Of a stretch of 24,000 nt of DNA, positions 7,118 through 15,111 are shown piece by piece. The position numbers and the translations under genes are program-made. Every line of letters begins with the position of its first letter. Position 1 is the first letter of the stretch. The notes under the pieces were generated by a model. That model was not told where the DNA came from. It was given only the letters and a program-made list of their open reading frames with translations, and searched no databases. The stretch is from Gammaproteobacteria bacterium. Lineage in GTDB: Bacteria; Pseudomonadota; Gammaproteobacteria; Enterobacterales; Permianibacteraceae. Location of the stretch: NCBI GenBank assembly GCA_016182845.1, contig JACPFT010000018.1:10617-34616 (forward strand). Reading direction: 5' to 3'.

Positions 7118-8296
7118 ATGCGCCAAGGCATCTACATTTCCCCCGACGAGTTCGTCCAGTTCGGCGAACCCAGCAAGCGCCTGTCCGAGCAGATCGCCAC
7201 GCGCTCGCGCTCCACCGACTTCAACGGCCTGGGGTCCTACCTGCCGAACCCCGATCCGGTGCTCAAGAAGCTGGGGCGGGACATTCAGGTTTATCGAGAC
7301 CTGCGGGCCGATCCGGCGGTCGGCGGCGCCGTTCGCCGCCGTAAGGCGGCGGTAAAGGCCATGGAATGGGGCTTGGACCGCGAGCGGGCCGGCAGTCCGG
7401 TTGCCGAAACCGTTGCCGGCATCTTGGCGGACCTGGACCTTGAGCGCATCATCGGCGAGATGCTGGACGCGGTGCTGTACGGCTATCAGCCCATGGAGAT
7501 CCTATGGGCCAAGGTCGGGTCGCTGATCGTCCCGGCGGACATCATCAGCAAGCCGCCGGAGTGGTTCCTGTTCGGCCAGGACAACGCCTTGCGCTTCCGT
7601 TCAATTGACGAGCCGGTGAATGGCGAGACCCTGCCGCCCAACAAGTTCCTGCTGCCGCGCCAGGATGCCACGTTCGATAGCCCTTACGGCTTCCCGGACC
7701 TGTCCATGTGCTTCTGGCCGGTAACCTTCAAGAAGGGCGGGCTGAAGTTCTGGGTGAGCTTTACCGAGCGCTACGGCACGCCCTGGCTGATTGGCAAACA
7801 GCCGCGCGGCAGCGGGCCGGGCGAGACGGCGGCGCTCTTGGACAGCCTGGAAGCGATGGTGCAAGATGCCGTGGCCGTCATTCCCGATGATGCGAGCATC
7901 GAAATCCATGAGGCCGGCGGCAAGGGCGCGAGCGCCGAACTGTATGAGCGGCTGCTGATGTATTGCCGTTCAGAAATCAGCATCGCCCTACTCGGGCAGA
8001 ACCAGACCACCGAAGCCGAAAGCAACCGGGCATCGGCGCAAGCCGGCTTCAAGGTTACCCGCGACATACGCGACGGGGACGCCGGCATCGTGGCCAGCGC
8101 CTTGAACACGCTCATTCGCTGGGTCTGCGAGTTGAACTTTGGCGAAGTCGAGCGCCCGGTGTTCTCCCTCTGGGAGCAAGAGGACGTGGACAAGACCCTG
8201 GCCGAGCGCGACGAGACCTTAGCCAAGGCCGGGGCACGCTTCAGCAAGGGCTACTTCGAGCGGGTGTATGGGCTTCAGGATGGGGACTTGGTGTAG
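7118..8296 (+). CDS. Phage portal protein, Mu gp29 / DUF935 type (possibly C-terminally short)
   Basis: The N-terminus (...LPNPDPVLKKLGRDIQVYRDLRADPAVGGAVRRRKAAVKAMEWGLD...MLDAVLYGYQPMEILW) matches the DUF935 portal pattern. An in-frame TTG lies at 7112 and the ATG at 7118. At 392 aa it is shorter than Mu gp29-type portals (about 500 aa). Confidence 0.7.
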   Translation: MRQGIYISPDEFVQFGEPSKRLSEQIATRSRSTDFNGLGSYLPNPDPVLKKLGRDIQVYRDLRADPAVGGAVRRRKAAVKAMEWGLDRERAGSPVAETVAGILADLDLERIIGEMLDAVLYGYQPMEILWAKVGSLIVPADIISKPPEWFLFGQDNALRFRSIDEPVNGETLPPNKFLLPRQDATFDSPYGFPDLSMCFWPVTFKKGGLKFWVSFTERYGTPWLIGKQPRGSGPGETAALLDSLEAMVQDAVAVIPDDASIEIHEAGGKGASAELYERLLMYCRSEISIALLGQNQTTEAESNRASAQAGFKVTRDIRDGDAGIVASALNTLIRWVCELNFGEVERPVFSLWEQEDVDKTLAERDETLAKAGARFSKGYFERVYGLQDGDLV

Positions 8297-8412
8297 GCTG
8301 TAGACCAACAGTCATACCGGGTGGATGAGGGGCGTTTTTTGGGCCTATAGTGCGGGATCTGGAAGTCCAAAATAGCGCGCGAAGGTGTCCAGAATCTCCC
8401 GCCGCCTTACAT

Positions 8413-8533
8413 GTCGAACCATGAACGGCGTGGCAACCACGGAGAAAATGGCCATTCATCCTTCGACAAGCTCAGGACGAACGGCCATTTTCTCCTTAAC
8501 TGATCGGCATTACGCCCGTCGCGGGCTTTTTTG
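8413..8533 (+). repeat. REP-like element (right copy) with a partial tandem unit and a 13-bp perfect hairpin
   Basis: 8464-8533 is homologous to the reverse complement of 1594-1655. A partial unit gtcgaaccatgaacggc lies at 8413-8429. A perfect IR, ggagaaaatggcc (8441-8453) / ggccattttctcc (8483-8495), encloses the first block. It ends in gcccgtcgcgggc + TTTTTT, which is terminator-like on the + strand. Confidence 0.65.
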
Positions 8534-8634
8534 CGCCGTTTGCTCACGCGCAAGCGGACGAGAGGATTCGTGGCATTACAATGCGCTCATCAGGCCATGG
8601 CCTATGCTCACAGAATCAAGGGGAGGGACATCGT

Positions 8635-8952
8635 ATGAATGTGCGCCTGGATCACCAGAACCTGCGCATCCGCCTGTCGGCGGAGGAATTTGCCGAACTG
8701 CGCGCCGGCAAGCGCGTGCACATGACCACGCGCATGCCGGGCCTGCGTTTTCGCGCCGAAGTGGAGCAGGGCGAGGAGGCGCATGTGCGTTTCGGCCACT
8801 TTGCCGACGGCTTCCTGCTGGTCGCGCCCAGCGCCGAGCTGACGGCCTTGGCGGCACGCCTACCCAGCAAGGAAGGCCTGGAATGGCGGGTAGCGGTGGA
8901 TGCCCAGAACGCGCTCCTGGTCAGCCTGGAAGTGGACGCGGGGTTTTGCTGA
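8635..8952 (+). CDS. Hypothetical protein (105 aa)
   Basis: ATG at 8635 with GGGGAGGG upstream. Strong GC3 bias. No motif recognised. Confidence 0.55.
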   Translation: MNVRLDHQNLRIRLSAEEFAELRAGKRVHMTTRMPGLRFRAEVEQGEEAHVRFGHFADGFLLVAPSAELTALAARLPSKEGLEWRVAVDAQNALLVSLEVDAGFC

Positions 8953-8973
8953 AGCGGGAAGCAGAGAGATTGG

Positions 8974-9144
8974 CCACAAAGAACACGAAGAACACAAAGA
9001 ATGAATGTTGTGAGAGTTAGACCTAGCCTGGACCTTTCCTGGAGTCTGGTGAGGGTTACGCTGTGCTAACGCGCCAAACTGCTACGACGCTTACTGCTAA
9101 CCCGACAAGCTGCTCTTCCTTTGTGTTCTTCGTGTTCTTTGTGG
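8974..9144. repeat. MITE-like element bounded by a perfect 26-bp inverted repeat
   Basis: ccacaaagaacacgaagaacacaaag (8974-8999) is the exact reverse complement of 9119-9144. The 119-bp spacer contains a disrupted copy of the gggttacgctg.gctaac...ctaacccgac REP seen at 10554-10579. Confidence 0.8.
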
Positions 9145-9160
9145 CAAATTCTTCTTGGTC

Positions 9161-9643
9161 TTAGCGCAGCTTGTTCTTCATCACCCGCGCTTTTTCCTTG
9201 TTCCACTCGCGTTCGCGCTCGGTTTCGCGCTTGTCGTGGGACTGCTTGCCCTTGGCCAGGCCGATCTCGCACTTGACCCGGTTGTTCTTCCAGTACAGCG
9301 ACAGCGGGACCAGGGTATAGCCCTTCTGCTGCACTTCCCGGAACAGCTTGGACAGCTCGTTGTTCTTGAGCAGCAGCTTGCGCGTCCGGGTGTTCTCCGG
9401 GACGATGTGGGTCGAGACCGTGGACAGGGCGGTGATGTGGGAGCCCAGGAGCCAGGCCTCGCCGTCCTTGAGCAGCACATAGGCGTCGGTGAGATTGACC
9501 CGGCCCTCGCGCAGGGATTTGACCTCCCAGCCGAGCAGGACCATGCCCGCCTCGTAGCGCTCTTCGATGAAGTAGTCGTGGCGGGCTTTCTTGTTGAGGG
9601 CGATGGTCCCGGTATGGGAACCCTTGTCTTTCTTCTTGTTCAT
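9161..9643 (-). CDS. smpB: SsrA-binding protein SmpB
   Basis: 160-aa ORF whose ...[43 protein letters not shown]...[31 protein letters not shown]... is a full-length SmpB pattern. Confidence 0.95.
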   Translation of the reverse strand: MNKKKDKGSHTGTIALNKKARHDYFIEERYEAGMVLLGWEVKSLREGRVNLTDAYVLLKDGEAWLLGSHITALSTVSTHIVPENTRTRKLLLKNNELSKLFREVQQKGYTLVPLSLYWKNNRVKCEIGLAKGKQSHDKRETEREREWNKEKARVMKNKLR

Positions 9644-9724
9644 GGCGGGCGATTATACGGACCTGCTGGCAGCTTGGATATTGCGGCGGTTATGATCCTG
9701 GGCAACCTAGCCTGAAATGAGTCC

Positions 9725-10174
9725 ATGAAGCGCATACAGAAGTCGGCCCTGGTGCCCTATACCGCCCAGGAAATGTTCGAGCTGGTCAACGACTCGGCCC
9801 GCTACCCGGAATTCCTGCCCTGGTGCACCGGCGCGCGCGTGCTCAAGGACGAGGCCGGCGAACGCACCGCCAGCCTGGACCTGCACAAGGCCGGCATCGC
9901 CAAGTCCTTCACTACCATCAACCGCCTGTTCCCGGGCGAGCGCATCGAGATGCGCCTGGCCGAGGGACCGTTCAAGCATCTGGCAGGCGCCTGGCGCTTC
10001 ACGCCCTTGGTCATGGATGGCCGCGAGGCGGGTTGCAAGGTGGAGCTGGATCTCAGCTTCGAATTCGCCAACGGCCTGGTGTCCATGGCCTTCGGCTCGG
10101 TGTTCAGCCAGATCGCCGGCACCCTGGTGGACGCTTTCCAACAACGGGCGAGGACCGTTTATGGCCGACGCTGA
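9725..10174 (+). CDS. ratA: SRPBCC-family RatA/YfjG-like (Coq10-type START domain) protein
   Basis: 149 aa. Carries SALVPYTAQEMFELVNDSARYPEFLPWC...LAEGPFKHLAGAWRF.P. Divergent from smpB and followed by rnfH, as in E. coli and Pseudomonas. Confidence 0.85.
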   Translation: MKRIQKSALVPYTAQEMFELVNDSARYPEFLPWCTGARVLKDEAGERTASLDLHKAGIAKSFTTINRLFPGERIEMRLAEGPFKHLAGAWRFTPLVMDGREAGCKVELDLSFEFANGLVSMAFGSVFSQIAGTLVDAFQQRARTVYGRR

Positions 10175-10460
10175 AACCATTGCCATCGAGGTGGCGTACG
10201 CGCTGCCGGAGCGCCAGCGCATCGTCGTCCTGCACGTGCCGGCGGGCACCCGCGCGGCCCAGGCCCTGGAGCTGTCGGGCCTATTGCGGGAGTTTCCGGA
10301 GATCGAAGCGGGCACGGCGCGCTTGGGTATTTTCGGGCGATTATGCGCGGGCGGCGAGACGCTGCGGGCAGGGGATAGGCTGGAGATCTACCGGCCCCTG
10401 ATCGCCGATCCCAAGGAGGCGCGGCGGGCGCGGGTGGCCAAGGCCAGGGGCGAGGGCTGA
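10161..10460 (+). CDS. rnfH: RnfH-family (YfjF/RatB-like) ubiquitin-fold protein
   Basis: The ATG at 10161 overlaps the ratA end by 14 nt. IEVAYALPERQ....L.V..G.T...A...SGL...FPEI......LGIFG......L..GDRLEIYRPL..DPKE.RR is the RnfH pattern. Confidence 0.85.
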   Translation: MADAETIAIEVAYALPERQRIVVLHVPAGTRAAQALELSGLLREFPEIEAGTARLGIFGRLCAGGETLRAGDRLEIYRPLIADPKEARRARVAKARGEG

Positions 10461-10498
10461 GCGAAAAGAGCCCTGATGGTGGCGCAAAAAGGCTATTC

Positions 10499-10584
10499 GT
10501 AGGTCCCGCTTCAGCGGGACAGGACTAGTCAGACTAAAGGCTCCAAGCGGAGTGTCGGGTTACGCTGCGCTAACCCGACCTACG
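10499..10584. repeat. Two REP-type hairpins in the rnfH/bamE convergent spacer
   Basis: gtcccgc-ttca-gcgggac at 10503-10520 (7-bp stem). gtcgggtta-cgctgcgc-taacccgac at 10554-10579 (9-bp stem), flanked by gtag...ctac-type sequence. Confidence 0.65.
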
Positions 10585-10597
10585 AGGAGTGAGGGCA

Positions 10598-10966
10598 TCA
10601 ATTCTGGCTGGGCGCCAGTTCCAGGGCGGCCGTGGCGGCGCTGGGCTTGAGGTTCCCGGACATGGCGCTGAGCTTGTCGTCGCGGAAGAACACCGAGAAG
10701 CGCTGTTCCTTAGTGATTTCGCCGCCGATGGCGACGCGGTAGACGTAGTCCCAGCGGTCGGGGTTGAAGGTGTCGACCACGAGCGGCGTGCCCAGGATGA
10801 AGTTCACCTGGCTCTTGCTCATGCCCACGCGCAGCTGGTCCACCTGTTTCTGTTCCACCAGGTTGCCCTGTTGGATCGGTACCTTGTACACCAACCAATC
10901 GACGGCGGAACAAGCACTTAGATTGAGCGCGACCGCGAGGGCCGGTAGAATGAGACTTCTTTGCAT
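10598..10966 (-). CDS. bamE: Outer membrane protein assembly factor BamE (OmlA/SmpA)
   Basis: 122 aa. Lipoprotein signal with lipobox LNLSAC. YKVPIQQGNLVEQKQVDQLRVGMSKSQVNFILGTPLVVDTFNPDRWDYVY is the BamE pattern. Divergent from fur, as in Pseudomonas omlA-fur. Only the 3' 369 nt of track ORF 10598..11464 are used. Confidence 0.9.
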   Translation of the reverse strand: MQRSLILPALAVALNLSACSAVDWLVYKVPIQQGNLVEQKQVDQLRVGMSKSQVNFILGTPLVVDTFNPDRWDYVYRVAIGGEITKEQRFSVFFRDDKLSAMSGNLKPSAATAALELAPSQN

Positions 10967-11050
10967 CGACGACGGTCTTCCACTAAGGTGTACATCTTGG
11001 GAGGCCTCAAGGTCTGCATCCCGCCGGCCATCATAGCGGAGGATACTCGC

Positions 11051-11467
11051 TTGGAAAACCTGCAACTGAAAAAAGCCGGGCTGAAGGTCACCCTCCCGCG
11101 CGTTAAGATCCTGCAAATCCTGGAAAGTTCCACGACTCATCATCTGAGCGCGGAAGATGTCTACAAGACCCTGTTGGATCAGGGCGAGGACGTGGGCCTG
11201 GCCACGGTCTATCGCGTATTGACCCAGTTCGAGGCCGCCGGCCTCGTGACCCGTCATCATTTCGAAGGCGGCCACTCGATTTTCGAGGTGAATCAGGGTG
11301 ACCACCACGATCACCTGGTCTGCCTCAAGTGCAACAAGGTCATCGAGTTCGTCGATCCCATCATCGAGGAGCGTCAGCGTGCCATCGCCGAGACCCATGG
11401 CTTCACGCTCACCGACCACAATCTCTACCTGTACGGCATCTGCAAGGACTGCGGCTCGCGCCATTGA
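11051..11467 (+). CDS. fur: Ferric uptake regulator Fur
   Basis: LKKAGLKVTLPRVKILQILE....HHLSAEDVYK.L...GEDVGLATVYRVLTQFEAAGLVTRHHFEGGHSIFE....HHDHLVCLKCNKVIEF is near-colinear with E. coli Fur. I chose the TTG at 11051 because GGAGGA lies 7 nt upstream and the length then matches Fur. The track ORF begins at 10961, inside bamE. Confidence 0.9.
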   Translation: MENLQLKKAGLKVTLPRVKILQILESSTTHHLSAEDVYKTLLDQGEDVGLATVYRVLTQFEAAGLVTRHHFEGGHSIFEVNQGDHHDHLVCLKCNKVIEFVDPIIEERQRAIAETHGFTLTDHNLYLYGICKDCGSRH

Positions 11468-11608
11468 GAGCCTGTGTACGATCTCGCTGAAGGGCGCATC
11501 GCGGCGTTAAAACTGAACTCAAAATGCTCACATACTACGTGTATGCTCCGCTTTTTCGTCCAGTTTTGCCTTGCGCTGCATCCCTTGATCGAGATCGTAC
11601 ACAGGCTC
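11468..11608. repeat. About 140-bp imperfect palindrome with 19-bp perfect termini, immediately after the fur stop
   Basis: gagcctgtgtacgatctcg (11468-11486) is the exact reverse complement of 11590-11608. Arm similarity continues inward imperfectly (...gaaggg / cccttgat...; gttaaaactgaac / gtccagttttgcc). Confidence 0.75.
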
Positions 11609-11617
11609 CAAGTTCCC

Positions 11618-11663
11618 CCGAAATGAACAACGGGCTCCCTTGGGAGCCCGTTGTTCATTTCGG
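11618..11663. terminator. 22-bp perfect palindrome between convergent fur and the protease gene (bidirectional terminator-like hairpin)
   Basis: ccgaaatgaacaacgggctccc (11618-11639) / gggagcccgttgttcatttcgg (11642-11663). There is no U-tract on either side, so an intrinsic-terminator function is not assured. Confidence 0.5.
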
Positions 11664-11673
11664 CTACTCAGGC

Positions 11674-12477
11674 TCAATGCTCGTGATCGGCGCCCGGCAG
11701 GGTGTACACGTGGTGGATGGTCAGACTGCCGTCTTTCTCGGCATAGACCCAGGTCTCGTAGTGCTTGGCCTTGTGCACCTTGGTGCCCAGGTGCTGGCCC
11801 TTCTCGTCGCCGCAGGCCGTGGAGCCATCGACGCAGAGCGTGCTGCCGGCGCCGAAGGCGGCCGCCACCGCGTAGCTGTTGTAGGTATCCACGTGGCTGT
11901 AGATGGACTGCAGCTGCTGGTAGTCGTGGTTATTGGGCCATTGGCTGGTGGGGCTGGAGGAGTAGTCCATGCAGGTGTTCTGGCTGCTGCCGTCCTCGCT
12001 GGTATGCCCCAGGCCGAAGACATGACCGGTCTCCTGGCACATGACATGGTTCATCTCTTCCGGCGTCCAGTAGGAGGAGTAACTGTCGTTCATCTTGGCC
12101 GTGCCCTGGCGGATATGGCCCTTGCTGTCCAGGTTGATGGAGGCCAGGCCCAGCCATCCGTTATTGCCGTAACTGGCATTGCAGACGCGCATCTCGCCGG
12201 ACACCATGGCGCAGCGCTTGCGGGCCTTGGTGCTGTCGTCGCGGGCGGCGATGCTGAAATTGAAGATCCCGGACTGGGCCCATTTCTGCAGCGAGGTATC
12301 GAACTCGCTCTGCCAGTTGGCGGTGACGCTGTCGACGGTTTGCAGGGTGAACGGATTGGCGGTGCGCGCCCAGTGGTAATTATTCCAGGAGTGGCTCGCC
12401 TGACTGGCCGTGGCGAAGCCCAGAGCGGCGGGAATGGCGAGGACTGTTACCGCTTTCGTGAGTGAACTGTTCATCAT
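11674..12477 (-). CDS. Secreted metzincin-like zinc metalloprotease homologue with a variant QExxHxxGxxH motif
   Basis: 267 aa. Signal peptide (AIPAALGFATASQA). Motif block NHVMCQETGHVFGLGHT followed by CMDY (Met-turn-like). The start could be the second ATG at 12474. Confidence 0.65.
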   Translation of the reverse strand: MMNSSLTKAVTVLAIPAALGFATASQASHSWNNYHWARTANPFTLQTVDSVTANWQSEFDTSLQKWAQSGIFNFSIAARDDSTKARKRCAMVSGEMRVCNASYGNNGWLGLASINLDSKGHIRQGTAKMNDSYSSYWTPEEMNHVMCQETGHVFGLGHTSEDGSSQNTCMDYSSSPTSQWPNNHDYQQLQSIYSHVDTYNSYAVAAAFGAGSTLCVDGSTACGDEKGQHLGTKVHKAKHYETWVYAEKDGSLTIHHVYTLPGADHEH

Positions 12478-12640
12478 GAACCTCTGTTCGTTGAAAACTC
12501 GTTGTTTTGGGTAAAAGAACGCTCCCGGTACTGCGAAATCGCTCCGGTATAAAAAGCGTAGCAGGGGGTAGAAGCTCTGCTAGGGCGTGGGGAGAGAAAC
12601 TGAACAGGATGGACCAGTTGGCGCAATAAACGCAGGACTT

Positions 12641-12916
12641 TTAATAGCGGAATTTTATTTGCAGGAGGTGGTAGCCAAACGAGGTCTTGATGGGGCCGTG
12701 CACCGGGCCTTCGGCGAGGGAAAACACGGCCTTGTCCATGGCCGGCACCAGCTGGCCGGGACGCACTTCCCCCAGCTCGCCGCCCTTCTTGCCGGAGGGG
12801 CAGATGGAGAACTCCTTGGCCAATTTTGCGAAGTCCTCGCCCCGATCCAGGCGGATCTTCAGGGCTTCGGCCTCGGGCTTGGTCTTGACCAGGATATGGC
12901 GGCAGATGGCGGGCAT
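12641..12916 (-). CDS. ppiC: Parvulin-type peptidyl-prolyl cis-trans isomerase PpiC
   Basis: 91 aa from the ATG at 12916. HILVK....A..........GEDFAKLAKEFSICPSGKKGGELGEVRPGQLVPAMDKAVFS....PVHGPIKTSFGYHLLQI is colinear with E. coli PpiC (Par10). Confidence 0.85.
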   Translation of the reverse strand: MPAICRHILVKTKPEAEALKIRLDRGEDFAKLAKEFSICPSGKKGGELGEVRPGQLVPAMDKAVFSLAEGPVHGPIKTSFGYHLLQIKFRY

Positions 12917-12944
12917 GGGGCTCTGGTGGTTTTTGGAATGAAAT

Positions 12945-13048
12945 CCCCCTCTCCCTAACCCTTTGTGAGGCGAATCCTTGCGCCTCACCCCTGCGGGGCT
13001 TGTGCGAAAAATCGCTCCAGGCGATTTTTTCCCACCAGGGGAGAGGGG
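12945..13048. repeat. Nested palindromic REP-type element in the thiC/ppiC spacer (terminator-like)
   Basis: Outer IR cccctctcc / ggagagggg (about 12946-12955 / 13039-13048). Inner hairpin gtgaggcg-N8-cgcctcac at 12965-12988. Inner hairpin gaaaaatcgc-tccag-gcgatttttt at 13006-13030. It sits directly downstream of the thiC stop at 13076. Confidence 0.55.
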
Positions 13049-13075
13049 ACAGGAGAGGGCGTCGATCGAGGGCGT

Positions 13076-14992
<1,917 letters not shown>

Positions 14993-15111
14993 TCATGCGG
15001 CGCGGTGGCCGGGCGGGCGGACTTTTTGTCCGTGGGGCAACGTGGCCGGAATTTTACGGGAGGGCCGATGCCTTGGCAAATCCGGCCTCCCCGGGAAAAC
15101 CCGCATGGATA

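Larger units (their letters stand above)
1660..8300. mobile_element. Phage-derived island: defective Mu-like prophage remnant or helper-dependent element. No integrase or transposase recognised.
   Basis: Phage gene content: AntA-domain protein, Mor-family activator, GpO/gpI-like scaffold, DUF935 portal. It is visibly more AT-rich than the flanks, has repeat-rich ends, and sits between conserved core genes. The boundaries are approximate. Confidence 0.55.

Noticed and set aside
1600-8600. tRNA gene, integrase, MuA/MuB transposase or direct att repeats at the island borders
   Set aside because: I could read no cloverleaf-compatible sequence, tyrosine/serine recombinase motif or DDE transposase motif in any frame. 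The bracket repeats are inverted, not direct. The absence is noted as a finding rather than a feature.
8385-9020. 211-aa + strand ORF spanning the REP region and the 105-aa CDS in another frame
   Set aside because: It starts inside REP sequence (the SPSTSSGRT-type translation is characteristic of translated repeats) and runs out of frame across the SD-supported 8635-8952 CDS into the MITE arm (ATKNTKNTKN).
8974-9144. AAGAACAC-type repeats as a possible CRISPR array
   Set aside because: There are only two arms, in inverted rather than direct orientation. There is no repeat-spacer periodicity and no cas genes in the window.
8300-9160. Expected a tmRNA (ssrA) gene downstream of smpB, as the integration target of the phage island
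   Set aside because: Neither strand has a tRNA-like 3' end (..GGTTCGA.TCC....CCACCA) or a 5' GGGG...TTCGAC acceptor/T-arm sequence. The only tag-like reading (gct aac gcg cca aac tgc tac gac gct tac tgc taa, about 9066-9101) does not end in a hydrophobic ..LAA-type tail and sits inside a REP/MITE. ssrA is apparently elsewhere, as in Pseudomonas. An Rfam/ARAGORN scan would settle it.
9155-10401. ORFs antisense to or frame-shifted against smpB and ratA: 9155-9715 +, 9181-9480 -, 9707-10315 -, 9802-10122 -, 9823-10401 +
   Set aside because: smpB and ratA-like identities are unambiguous. The alternatives are shadow ORFs.
10967-11464. Upstream 166 codons of track ORF 10598..11464 (-), and the N-terminal 30 codons of ORF 10961..11467 (+)
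   Set aside because: The minus-strand extension is antisense to fur, and BamE starts at its lipoprotein signal (ATG 10966). The extended Fur N-terminus (MHRRRSSTKVYILG...) overlaps bamE and has no counterpart in Fur. TTG 11051 with GGAGGA fits better.
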